Of a stretch of 64,000 bases of DNA, positions 32,753-41,901 are shown one piece after another; the first letter of the stretch is position 1; each line of letters starts with the position of its first letter. A program made the position numbers and the translations under genes. This stretch comes from Vulcanimicrobiota bacterium. Lineage in GTDB: Bacteria > Vulcanimicrobiota > Vulcanimicrobiia > Vulcanimicrobiales > Vulcanimicrobiaceae. The stretch spans positions 3,200,001-3,264,000 of the forward strand of contig OY970223.1 of NCBI GenBank assembly GCA_963714015.1, given 5' to 3'. The notes under the pieces were generated by a model. That model made no database searches. It had not been told where the DNA came from and was given only the letters and a program-made list of their open reading frames with translations.

Positions 32753-33523
32753 ATGAGCCAGCCAACGCGCGCAGAACGCCGCCGGAACGCCCGCGGCGGG
32801 TCCACTCCGCCCCCGGCCAAACGCGATCCGATGACGCCGATTTATATCGGATTCGCCGTCGTGATCGTTTTGGTGCTTGCCGGGTTCGGCATCTCGAATT
32901 ACATCACGAATCACGCGCGAGCGCAGGCCATCGCCTTCGACCTTTCCACGCCGACGCCCGGACCGTCACCGACCACCAAACCCGTGCAGCTGCAACCGGG
33001 ACAAACGGTCGGAAAACCGATCTTCGGAATCCCCACGCCGAATCCGCAAAAAGGTATTCTCCCCGACACTGCGACCGGAGGCCACGGTCAAACCATCGAC
33101 GGCATTCCCTGCGAAGCAACCGAAGCCGTCGCATTGCACGTTCACAGCCATCTGTCGGTTCTGGTCAACGGCTCGCCGCTGCAGATTCCCGCCTACATCG
33201 GCATTGCGTTGAGCGGACCGCAGCAGTCGTGCCTCTACTGGATTCATACGCACGACGCCAGCGGCGTCATCCACGTCGAAGCCGGCGACGTCACCGCCCC
33301 GAACGGCGGCCCCTTCACCATCGGCAACTTCTTCGACATTTGGGGTGAACCGCTAACGAACGATCAAGTCGGGCCGTTCAAAGGCAAAGTCACCGCGTTT
33401 GTCAACGGACAGGCGTACAACGGCGATCCGCGCAGCATTCCGCTGCGCGCGCACCAAGGCATCGTCCTTGAAGTAGGCCGCGTCGTACCGCCGCCGACGT
33501 ATCTGATTCCCTCCGGGGAGTAA
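32753..33523 (+). CDS. Membrane-anchored His-motif domain protein, paralog of 23748-24755
   Basis: Single TM; HVHSHL...CLYWIHTHDASGVIHVE...FTIG.FF.IWG. Confidence 0.8.
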   Translation: MSQPTRAERRRNARGGSTPPPAKRDPMTPIYIGFAVVIVLVLAGFGISNYITNHARAQAIAFDLSTPTPGPSPTTKPVQLQPGQTVGKPIFGIPTPNPQKGILPDTATGGHGQTIDGIPCEATEAVALHVHSHLSVLVNGSPLQIPAYIGIALSGPQQSCLYWIHTHDASGVIHVEAGDVTAPNGGPFTIGNFFDIWGEPLTNDQVGPFKGKVTAFVNGQAYNGDPRSIPLRAHQGIVLEVGRVVPPPTYLIPSGE

Positions 33524-33549
33524 GCGCGCGGCGCAAGCGTAACGCAGCG

Positions 33550-34116
33550 TCAGCGGAGTGCCGATTCGATAGCCGCGGACAGTTCGCCGTATGGCGTTTC
33601 GCCGCTTCCGGCGTAGTCGATAGTTTTGTTGCGCGCGATGACGACGAGGGTCGGAAATCCGCTCTGGAGATACTCGCGCGCCACGGTAAGCGAGGGATCG
33701 TACGCGGCGGGATACTGAACGTTGAATCGCTGGATAAATGTAAGAACGTCCTGAGGACTTGACTGGCTTTGTCCGTCCATTGCCCTGTTGCTGCCGCTGA
33801 CGGCGACGAATTGGACGCGGTTCTTGTACGCTTGATAAAGCCGATCGATAATCGCGGTTTCACGCTGGCAGTGCGGGCACCACGTTGCGAAGATCTCGAG
33901 GAACACCGGACGGTTTGTTGCGGCGAGATTGAAATAGCCCCGATCTGTGGCCGCCGTGAATTGCGGCGCCTTCTGACCTTTCTGCAGCGCCGCTTGGGGC
34001 GGCGCCTGCACGGCGCTGGACTTTACGCCGCCATTGTTTGCATAACGGATCGCGGCGTAAATACCGATCGCGATGACGACCAGCGTAACGACGATCCACG
34101 TATTTCTGTTCTTCAT
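33550..34116 (-). CDS. TlpA/ResA-like thiol-disulfide oxidoreductase
   Basis: N-terminal anchor; FATWCPHC; cis-Pro GFPT. Confidence 0.9.
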   Translation of the reverse strand: MKNRNTWIVVTLVVIAIGIYAAIRYANNGGVKSSAVQAPPQAALQKGQKAPQFTAATDRGYFNLAATNRPVFLEIFATWCPHCQRETAIIDRLYQAYKNRVQFVAVSGSNRAMDGQSQSSPQDVLTFIQRFNVQYPAAYDPSLTVAREYLQSGFPTLVVIARNKTIDYAGSGETPYGELSAAIESALR

Positions 34117-34562
34117 GAGCTCCTCATGCGTCTATCGAGTGCGTATAGTCCTGGGGCTCCCCAAGCAACGACGACGCAAAGTGCCGCGAGCACCAAGTCC
34201 ACGGCAACGTGCGGCCAGTCCGCCGTCGCGCTGTCTTGCGGACCAAAGCATCCGCAATTTGCGGCAATATGGCGCACGACGGCGGAGGCGATAGCGGCCG
34301 CGTAGATCGTGAGTTGCAACGCGCCGACGGCTGCTGTCCAACGCGTGAAGAGTCCGGCGATCAAGTACAGGCCCAACAAAAGTTCGAAAAACGGCAGCAG
34401 CACGGCAATCGGACCTACGACGCTCGCCGGCAGGATGCGAAAGCCCGCGATAGCCGCTGCGAGCTCGTTGAAATGGCCGACCTTCAACGCACCGGCTGTA
34501 AGGAACAGCGCACCAATCAATACGCGCACTGCAAGGATGGCTGCGGCCTGCTTGCGCTCCAT
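34113..34562 (-). CDS. MauE/DoxX-family membrane protein
   Basis: R..IG.LFL.AG.LK, LP..E..LG, CGCFG. Confidence 0.85.
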   Translation of the reverse strand: MERKQAAAILAVRVLIGALFLTAGALKVGHFNELAAAIAGFRILPASVVGPIAVLLPFFELLLGLYLIAGLFTRWTAAVGALQLTIYAAAIASAVVRHIAANCGCFGPQDSATADWPHVAVDLVLAALCVVVAWGAPGLYALDRRMRSS

Positions 34563-34621
34563 CACGTCATAATCCGTCTCCTGCGCAGTTTTTCCTCGAT
34601 TTGCGGCGTAGACTACGGCGC

Positions 34622-35176
34622 ATGACCAAGTGCTGGCTGCCGGCGGCGCTTCTGCTGCTCGCCGCATGCGCCGCGCGCCCTGCTCTTCACGGCACGACGC
34701 TTTCGCCGCCGAAACCGGCCCCGAACTTCGTGCTGCGCGATCAATACGGGCACAGGTTCTCCCCGGCCCGCTCTCGGGGCTCTGCGATTGCCTTGTACTT
34801 TGGCTTCACGCATTGTCGCGACATCTGTCCGGCAACGCTTCGTCTGCTCCAACGAGCCCGTTCGCGCGCCCACCTGAGGGACACACAACTGCGGTTGGTG
34901 ATGATCACCGTCGACCCGAAGCATGACGACGCGCGTGCCTTTCAAAAGTTTTTTCGGCGGACGGGCGTACGGGCTTTGGGTTTGACCGGGCAGCGGGTGG
35001 AGCTGACGCGCGTCTACAAGGCTTACGGAGTGGCCGTTGAGCCGCGATCGCGCGATATCGTGCACTCCGACGTCGTCTACTTGATCGATCCGCAAGGAAG
35101 GCTGCGCGAGCTCATCACGCCCGACACTGCGCTCAATGACGTTGCGCAGGACCTGCGCACGGTCGTAGACTCGTAG
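34622..35176 (+). CDS. SCO-family copper chaperone lipoprotein
   Basis: Lipobox LAAC; FGFTHCRDICP, TVDP.HD, IVHS..VYLIDP.G. Confidence 0.92.
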   Translation: MTKCWLPAALLLLAACAARPALHGTTLSPPKPAPNFVLRDQYGHRFSPARSRGSAIALYFGFTHCRDICPATLRLLQRARSRAHLRDTQLRLVMITVDPKHDDARAFQKFFRRTGVRALGLTGQRVELTRVYKAYGVAVEPRSRDIVHSDVVYLIDPQGRLRELITPDTALNDVAQDLRTVVDS

Positions 35177-35177
35177 C

Positions 35178-36128
35178 ATGCTCTTGCCGCTGCTCGCGCT
35201 GCTGGCTTCCACCATCCCGGTGCACGGAACCGTGCTTGCGCCCGGACGCGCTGAAACGGTTATCGTCCGTTTGGATCAGGTGACCGGCATGGTGCCGGCT
35301 CAGACGAGAGCCGTGCGGCTCAGCCCGCCTTTGCAGGTGCCGGCCGGAACGGGAATCGATGCTTTCTTGGATCGTACCGCGACGCCGTGGGAGCTCTATG
35401 ACAGCACTGTTACGGGAAGATTCGTCGCGGGGTTGCCCGACACGGGCAAGGTCATTCCGATCGATCTCGGATCGCGCCTACCGGCAACGCAGCTCGTCGA
35501 CCAGCGCGGAGCGATGGTCGATCTAGCCTCGAGTTTCCGCGGTAAAGTCAACCTGATCAGTTTCGTTTTCACCAGATGCCCGGACAAAGACGAGTGCCCC
35601 CTCATCAGCGCAAAATTCTCGGAACTCCAGCGCGAGCTGGATCCGTCGCACTTTCACCTCATCGAAATTACGCTGGACCCCTCTTACGATTCGCCCGCAG
35701 TGCTCGCTGCCTATGCTCGCACGTTTCAAGCGCAGGCCGGTTCCTGGTCGATCGTCACCGGGCAGGGCCACCAGATCGCGCATCTGCTCAACGCGTTCGG
35801 CATCTCTTCATTGCGCGTGGGCGATGCGCAATTCGACCACAACGACAAAGTGTTCCTGACGGATCCGTCGGGAAGGGTGGCGGACATCGTCCAGACCGCT
35901 GCTTTCAGTCCTTCAAATCTGGCCGCCGAGGCAAAACATCTGGCAGGCCTGGCTTCCGATCCCTTCGGAAGGTGGGAGCTTTCGCTCATCGCCTCGGTGG
36001 CCGCTATGTGCGGCGGAAGTCAGTTTGCCGGCGTAGTGTTGTTGGAAACGATGCTGTTCTTGCTGATCGCGGTGGTTTCGTTTACGACTCTCGCCTGGGT
36101 TGCGCGTAAATTCTGGAAAAACGCGTGA
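35178..36128 (+). CDS. SCO-family protein with extra N-terminal domain and C-terminal TM
   Basis: FVFTRCPDKDECP, ITLDPSYD.P, DHN...L.DP.G. Confidence 0.85.
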   Translation: MLLPLLALLASTIPVHGTVLAPGRAETVIVRLDQVTGMVPAQTRAVRLSPPLQVPAGTGIDAFLDRTATPWELYDSTVTGRFVAGLPDTGKVIPIDLGSRLPATQLVDQRGAMVDLASSFRGKVNLISFVFTRCPDKDECPLISAKFSELQRELDPSHFHLIEITLDPSYDSPAVLAAYARTFQAQAGSWSIVTGQGHQIAHLLNAFGISSLRVGDAQFDHNDKVFLTDPSGRVADIVQTAAFSPSNLAAEAKHLAGLASDPFGRWELSLIASVAAMCGGSQFAGVVLLETMLFLLIAVVSFTTLAWVARKFWKNA

Positions 36129-36351
36129 GCGCAAAACGCACGCCGCGCGTCCCCGCGAGCGCGGACGCGTAAAAACCGAGCAGGCAGATCGCGAGCAACG
36201 CAAGGTTTGCAGCGAGCAGCATACCCACCAGCCGAGCATCTCCGCGATGGTACGTGACCGCCAGCCACGAAGCCCGCTCCAGCGGCACGCCCGCGAAAAA
36301 CATGAACATGTCGCAGACGACCACGAAACCGATGAGGTAACGGGTCCTCAT
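36082..36351 (-). CDS. Small membrane protein
   Basis: Two hydrophobic segments; ATGA overlap with upstream gene. Confidence 0.5.
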   Translation of the reverse strand: MRTRYLIGFVVVCDMFMFFAGVPLERASWLAVTYHRGDARLVGMLLAANLALLAICLLGFYASALAGTRGVRFALTRFSRIYAQPRRES

Positions 36352-37244
36352 TCGCCGGCCATCAGCGTCAGCGCGTAAGAGATTGCGGCGGACGTCTCGT
36401 CCGGACTCCCGAGCGTGAGCCGGTAGCAGCGAATATTTTGAATCGCGGCAATCGCTCGTGAGACGCGATCGACCATGTCGCCCCTTGCGTCGAACCAGCG
36501 GGAGACGGAAGGAAGCGCAGCCGCCGTATCCACCAGTTCAAGGGCTGCGCAATGGCCGCTTCCGGTAATCGTGAAGAGCGCGCGCAAAGGACCCGGCTGC
36601 GCAATTGCATCCCTTCCAAAACACGTTTTGATCGAGAGATCCGGACTCGTTCGCAACGGATCCGGCTCGGAGTCGCGATCCCCCAGCAGCAGCCGCGCGC
36701 CGGTGGCGCGGACCGAACAGCGCCGCAAAAACGGATAAACGACGTTGTCGCGCATCACTGCCAATTCATCCGAATAGATCCGCATTCCGCGGCGGGCGCA
36801 AGACAGCAGCGTCGTCGTCTTACCGGTGGTCGAGTGTCCGGCGATTGCTGCCGCGATGCCGTTGTGTTCGATTGCTGCAGCCTGCATCGAGCAGAGCGTT
36901 GCGTCGTAACGGATCAGCGCGCTCAAAGCCACTGAGTCCGCAAGGAACATGACCGCGTCGGCAGGCAGCACACCTTGCGTCCATCGCCACGTCGCCGCGT
37001 GCGCGCACCAAAAGGCGTAACCGCCGCGCACAGTAGCAACGAAATAGCGGAAATCAGGCCGACGCGTGGCCGGGTGATCCGCGTAACGCAGCGCAAACAG
37101 GCGTGCCACTTCAGGCATGTCCGTGCAAATCTGAACCGCGACGCCGGCGATCTCGCAGGTTGCCGTGAACGTGCAGTACCGCTCCATGGCGGTGGTGCCG
37201 TCGTTGACCGATCGCGTCAGTTGCTCCGCGCGTATCACGCGCAT
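36348..37244 (-). CDS. HPr-kinase-related P-loop protein
   Basis: AA...NG.A..I.GHSTTGKTT...G.RIYSDE. Confidence 0.65.
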   Translation of the reverse strand: MRVIRAEQLTRSVNDGTTAMERYCTFTATCEIAGVAVQICTDMPEVARLFALRYADHPATRRPDFRYFVATVRGGYAFWCAHAATWRWTQGVLPADAVMFLADSVALSALIRYDATLCSMQAAAIEHNGIAAAIAGHSTTGKTTTLLSCARRGMRIYSDELAVMRDNVVYPFLRRCSVRATGARLLLGDRDSEPDPLRTSPDLSIKTCFGRDAIAQPGPLRALFTITGSGHCAALELVDTAAALPSVSRWFDARGDMVDRVSRAIAAIQNIRCYRLTLGSPDETSAAISYALTLMAGE

Positions 37245-38125
37245 GCTGCAATCTCTTGCAACAGCAGCGACGCCGACTCTTCCGGCTTTCCGAGAACCAC
37301 GTCAAAAGATGCCACGCCGCGAAGCGCATGGCGCGCTGCCGCGATTTGCGCAAGTTCGCTTGGACGCGCGTAGGCACGCTGCAGTATCAGCGGAAGCGCT
37401 TGCGGGAACGCGAGCGCATTGACGGCACATTGCTCGCCTCGCCCGCTCAAAATACAGACGGCTCGCAAGGGCAATACCCGTGAAGACGGCTGCACTCCCA
37501 AAACGTCCTCGTTCAAACCGTACCAGAACCGCCCGCGATCGGTCTCAAAATAGTGGTCGCAGCCAATGACGCGGCCGGCGGTCGACTCCGGCAGGTAGTT
37601 CAGGGCGCTTTCACGCAGGGAAGGCCGCCGCGGCAGGGCCGAGATCTCGCCGTTGCCGAGCGAGAAGATCGCAGTTTCGTCTCCCAAGAACGTAGCGCCG
37701 TGTAACGTCATGTGCAGTGCCAGAATAGTCTTCCCAATTGCGGTCGGACCCAAGAGCAGCACGCCGCCGCGGGGTGTTCCGAGCAGGACGCCGTAGAGCG
37801 CCAGCGATGCGCCCTGCATCGCGGCGCACCGAGCAAAGATTTCCCTGGCCGCCAAGTACACGGCGGGCGCGTCGCCCGTCGAGCCGGCTATGGGAAGTGT
37901 TCGACGGCCCAACCGAACGTGCAGCCGGCCGTCGCCCAGACGTCGCATCGAAGCGGTGCAGTTGGGTGGACGAACCGAACTGCAGCGCAGAGGCCCATAT
38001 GCGGCCTCCAAGATTTTCAGGGCCGCCGGATCGTGAACTTCGAGCGCCAACACCTGGCTGCCCACGCGAAAAAGCAAGCGCTCGGAGCACTCGCCCTGCG
38101 ACGCCTCGGCAGCCGGCAGCAACAT
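37235..38125 (-). CDS. HPr-kinase-related P-loop protein
   Basis: GGVLLLGPTAIGKT.LA....GATFLGDE. Confidence 0.65.
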   Translation of the reverse strand: MLLPAAEASQGECSERLLFRVGSQVLALEVHDPAALKILEAAYGPLRCSSVRPPNCTASMRRLGDGRLHVRLGRRTLPIAGSTGDAPAVYLAAREIFARCAAMQGASLALYGVLLGTPRGGVLLLGPTAIGKTILALHMTLHGATFLGDETAIFSLGNGEISALPRRPSLRESALNYLPESTAGRVIGCDHYFETDRGRFWYGLNEDVLGVQPSSRVLPLRAVCILSGRGEQCAVNALAFPQALPLILQRAYARPSELAQIAAARHALRGVASFDVVLGKPEESASLLLQEIAACA

Positions 38126-38269
38126 GCTTCTATCGTAGTCTCGAGCGGACGAGAGAAACGACGGTCCCCGGGCCCGTCCGCCGCCAGTAAATAGGGCCCA
38201 CCCTTAGGCCCTTCGGCGCGGGAAATTACGGGAAACGCTCAAAGCAGTTCGGAATTGCCATCCCCTGGA

Positions 38270-38830
38270 ATGGGAGTGCCTCGAAAGCCGGTCGAGCCGC
38301 CGACGCCGCAGCAAACAGCCTTCTTGGAGCGGGCGATCGAGCAGTACGGTAAGGCGACTTATAACTTCGCCTACCGCCTGACCCGCAACGAGGCGGATGC
38401 TCGCGACCTCACCCAGGAAGCGTTCATTCGGGTCTACCGGGCCTGGCGCAGTTTCCAGCCGGGGACCTCGTTCTTGTCTTGGATTTATCGCATTGTAACA
38501 AATCTGCACCGGGACGAACTTCGGCGCAAGAAAGGACGTTATCAGGAGGAGATACCCGAGGACAACGCCCCGCAGGAGTTCGCGGGCGAACGGCCTCTGG
38601 CGGTGACGCCGATAGACGATTACGTGGAGGGGCAACTGAGCGAGCCGCTCGCGAAATCGCTCGATCAGCTCTCGGCGGATCAGCGCCAAGTCATCGTCCT
38701 TGCGGATATCGAGGAGTACAGCTACCAGGAAATTGCCGAGATTATGGGGTGCTCGATCGGAACGGTCCGCTCACGGCTCCATCGCGCTCGGGCGTTGCTA
38801 CGACGATTAGTACAGAGACAACAACAATGA
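38270..38830 (+). CDS. ECF sigma factor (RpoE-like)
   Basis: DA.DLTQEAFIRVY, F.SWIYRI..N, SYQEIAEIMGCSIGTVRSRLHRAR. Confidence 0.95.
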   Translation: MGVPRKPVEPPTPQQTAFLERAIEQYGKATYNFAYRLTRNEADARDLTQEAFIRVYRAWRSFQPGTSFLSWIYRIVTNLHRDELRRKKGRYQEEIPEDNAPQEFAGERPLAVTPIDDYVEGQLSEPLAKSLDQLSADQRQVIVLADIEEYSYQEIAEIMGCSIGTVRSRLHRARALLRRLVQRQQQ

Positions 38831-39345
38831 CGCATCTATCACACGAACAACTCATCGACTACATGCATGGAGCACTTGGGCCGGGGCAGGACGCTTCGGT
38901 TTACGAACATTTGGAGTCATGCGATCCGTGCCGGAAGCAGTATGACTCCGAGCTCGCGCTGACTGATCTGCTGCGCCAAGAAGCGGCGCGGGAAGAACGC
39001 GAGTTGCCCGCTATGCTAAAAGCGGAAATCTGGAGCCGCATTCGCACCGAGGAACCGCCGGCGTGGAGCCGCTTCTCTTCGTGGTTCCGCCTGAGTTTTG
39101 CGCTTCCCGTTGCGGCTGCGCTCGCCTTGGTCGCGTACTTCGGGAGCTCGTATCCCTGGTCGCCGGCGGGCCCTGCAATCGAGGCAGCCTATTATCTTCA
39201 GGACCACGCCGAACTCAACAGCACGGTTCCGTTCAGCGATCGCAATGCTACGCCGACGGACCTGATAAACTCAACCTCCGTCGACAATCAGCAATCTGCC
39301 GTTCCGGTAAACAGCGCTGAATATACGGCGGATGCTTCGCAGTAG
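38827..39345 (+). CDS. Zinc-finger anti-sigma factor (RseA-like)
   Basis: HLESCDPC (HxxxCxxC) plus one TM; ATGA overlap with the sigma gene. Confidence 0.9.
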   Translation: MTHLSHEQLIDYMHGALGPGQDASVYEHLESCDPCRKQYDSELALTDLLRQEAAREERELPAMLKAEIWSRIRTEEPPAWSRFSSWFRLSFALPVAAALALVAYFGSSYPWSPAGPAIEAAYYLQDHAELNSTVPFSDRNATPTDLINSTSVDNQQSAVPVNSAEYTADASQ

Positions 39346-40351
39346 CTTCAAGCGACTGTGGGCGGCGCTGCTCTGCGCCTCGCTTCTAGGTGCTGCGCCC
39401 GCTAATCCGGACCAGCTGCTGCGCGAAGCCGTTGCGGCTTATTCGGACTATTCGTATTCCGGACAGGTTCAGAACACCGACTTCGGCACCAACCGTGCCG
39501 AAGCGGTGCTTTTCCGGATCGAACATCGCGCGCCCGATCTAACGCGCCGGTGGTATCTGGCTCCCGAGTCGCTCTTCGGCGACTCCATCATTAGCCGGGG
39601 CGACACCAGCTACGACGTCGACGAGCACAATCACCGCATTATCTTCAGCAAAGACGACGCGCTGGACGACCAGGTCGCTGAAGACGACAACTTCGGACTG
39701 CTTCTGCACAACTATCGTCCGTTAATCGGACCCGACGAAAACGTGGCCGGCCGCGACAGCATCACCGTGCTGCTCGTCAACAAGTATACAGGCCAAACGG
39801 TCATGCGCATCTCGATGGACGCGCGGACGAAACTCGTTCTGCAGAAAGAACTTTACGCACCCAGCGGGGCCGTGTCGCATCAGATGCGATTCGAGGAAAT
39901 CTCCTACGCCAAAGACTTTCCCAAGGGGCTGTTCGCGGTTCCGGCTCAGGGCTACGCTCAAGTCCAAGGATCCGGACACGGGCTTCCTTCCAACGATCTG
40001 CGTGCCGTCGTGGAAACGGCGGGATTTCAAGCTCGGGGACCGCAGTATTTGCCCGACGGCTTTCTGCCGATCGCGGGCGACGTGAGCGAAATCAAAGGCG
40101 TCCGCACGCTGCATCTGCTGTATTCCGATGGTCTGCGCACCGTCTCGCTGTTCCAGAATGCGCGCGGAGCACCGGTCGACACGTCGCGCTATCAGGTGCA
40201 CAGTACCAAGGTCGGTTCCCACGACGCCACCTATTTTGAAGACGGTTCCACGATGCTCGTGGCCTGGGCCGCCGGCGATCTGCACTTCGCTTTAGTAGGC
40301 GAGCTCTCTCGCGCAGAGCTTTTGCGGATCGCTTCTTCCGTCGCTCCTTAG
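39332..40351 (+). CDS. RseB/MucB-like periplasmic regulator
   Basis: Signal peptide; VAGR, P.YLP.GF, HLLYSDGL.TVSLF, LVGEL. Confidence 0.85.
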   Translation: MLRSSFKRLWAALLCASLLGAAPANPDQLLREAVAAYSDYSYSGQVQNTDFGTNRAEAVLFRIEHRAPDLTRRWYLAPESLFGDSIISRGDTSYDVDEHNHRIIFSKDDALDDQVAEDDNFGLLLHNYRPLIGPDENVAGRDSITVLLVNKYTGQTVMRISMDARTKLVLQKELYAPSGAVSHQMRFEEISYAKDFPKGLFAVPAQGYAQVQGSGHGLPSNDLRAVVETAGFQARGPQYLPDGFLPIAGDVSEIKGVRTLHLLYSDGLRTVSLFQNARGAPVDTSRYQVHSTKVGSHDATYFEDGSTMLVAWAAGDLHFALVGELSRAELLRIASSVAP

Positions 40352-40394
40352 CGCCTCAGCCATTGAGCAGCGTCTCGGCATGAGGCTTGTTTCG

Positions 40395-41723
40395 TCATCT
40401 TCGGCGGACCGATCGGCGTACCACCGTTCCGGTGCCCATGGCATATGAAAACCGGTACAGCTGTTCGTACTGACCGGCACCGCCGGGATCGTAAGCGACG
40501 TAGATATAACCGGTCTGATCCGTCATCTCACTCGAGTTCTCGCCCGGAGACATTAACGTCGAATACCATGCGTACTTCGGACAAGGCTTACTGGTTCCGA
40601 CGCAGGCTACGAGCGCAGTCCCTACGTCTGCATTCGAAGGGCCGGGAGCATTGATGATTCGCGTTCCTGCCGACCAATGCACGAGGTCCGAAGAGGTTGC
40701 GAGATATATTCCGTCGTTTCCGACGATCAGAAGTACGTATGCGTTGAGGTAACGGTTAAACGATATCTCGGGGAATGCCATGTACTGCGTCGCCTCAACA
40801 GCACTAGGGCCGACATCAGTAAACGCCCCGCCGTGCAAAGCATCGGTTGAATACGAGCCGTTATAGTATTTCCTCCACGAACCCGGCGCGCCGTCGGCGG
40901 AAATCGGTGAGCGTGCAATCGCTAAGCCAAAATGATTCGTGCCGGGATCCGGATATTCGATGTAGGCGACATAGATATACCCGCCTACCGCGACTGCGGC
41001 AGGGTTGCATGCACCGTACCCGGCCGATGGCGGCGTGCCGGACGGTTTTGGATCCTCGCCCGCGATAATCGCCCCCGATTTCGTCCACGTGACGCCGTTG
41101 TCCGGCGAGGTCGCGAGCCCGACGGTACATTCGAAAGGCACTATGGGATAGTCCACGCCATTGAAGAGATGGTTCTCACCGTGATAGATCATCAGCAGAT
41201 TCGGCCCGCTTCCGACGGTAACGGTCCCCGGGCCGGCGTAGTCGGCGTCGAACGTTTCGGTGCCGGGACCGCTGTTCCCGATCACATACGCGGCGTTCGG
41301 CCCTGCTTGAGCGAGCGGCGCTAAATGCAGAAGGTCGCTCGTCGAGAACGCAAAGCCTCCATCACCCAAAACATCGTGCGCGTCACCCGTCATCCACGAA
41401 TTGTACGTCCCGTTCGACAGCTGCAAAAAGCTCATGACTTCATCGGGAACGCCCTGGACGCCGAATTGTCCCTGCACGAGCACGGGTTGAGGCGAGCCGA
41501 TCGCGATCGGCTGCGCGAGGTTGATCGCTCCGCCGGATGGCGCCGGCAGCGGCGTAAACACTACTTTCGCCGAGGCGCCGGATGGAGAGGCCGTCGGCGT
41601 CGGAGTTGGAGCGGCGGTGGGACCATTGCCCGGCGGGACCGTACTGCCGCCGCCTCCGCCGCCGCACGCAGCGATCGCAATAACCGCAGTAACGAGGAAT
41701 AATCTGCATCGCGGTAATCGCAT
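40395..41723 (-). CDS. Lipoprotein with beta-propeller glycoside-hydrolase-like domain
   Basis: Lipobox IAAC, Pro/Thr linker; YHGENH, GLATS.D.G.TW, ATS.DL.HW Asp-box-like motifs. Confidence 0.7.
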   Translation of the reverse strand: MRLPRCRLFLVTAVIAIAACGGGGGGSTVPPGNGPTAAPTPTPTASPSGASAKVVFTPLPAPSGGAINLAQPIAIGSPQPVLVQGQFGVQGVPDEVMSFLQLSNGTYNSWMTGDAHDVLGDGGFAFSTSDLLHLAPLAQAGPNAAYVIGNSGPGTETFDADYAGPGTVTVGSGPNLLMIYHGENHLFNGVDYPIVPFECTVGLATSPDNGVTWTKSGAIIAGEDPKPSGTPPSAGYGACNPAAVAVGGYIYVAYIEYPDPGTNHFGLAIARSPISADGAPGSWRKYYNGSYSTDALHGGAFTDVGPSAVEATQYMAFPEISFNRYLNAYVLLIVGNDGIYLATSSDLVHWSAGTRIINAPGPSNADVGTALVACVGTSKPCPKYAWYSTLMSPGENSSEMTDQTGYIYVAYDPGGAGQYEQLYRFSYAMGTGTVVRRSVRRR

Positions 41724-41901
41724 GACGTTCCTCCGGATCAGCTATTAGTACATTGAATGCACGAGAATCGATCGATAGTTATTTTTCATGAGCGCACGCA
41801 TCCGATGCTGCATGCGCGATCTCGGCGCATCGTACCGCGCCGCTGTTACAGAACGGTTAAATGCGGGCTCACCGAGCGAATAGGTCCATTGTCCCATAGC
41901 G

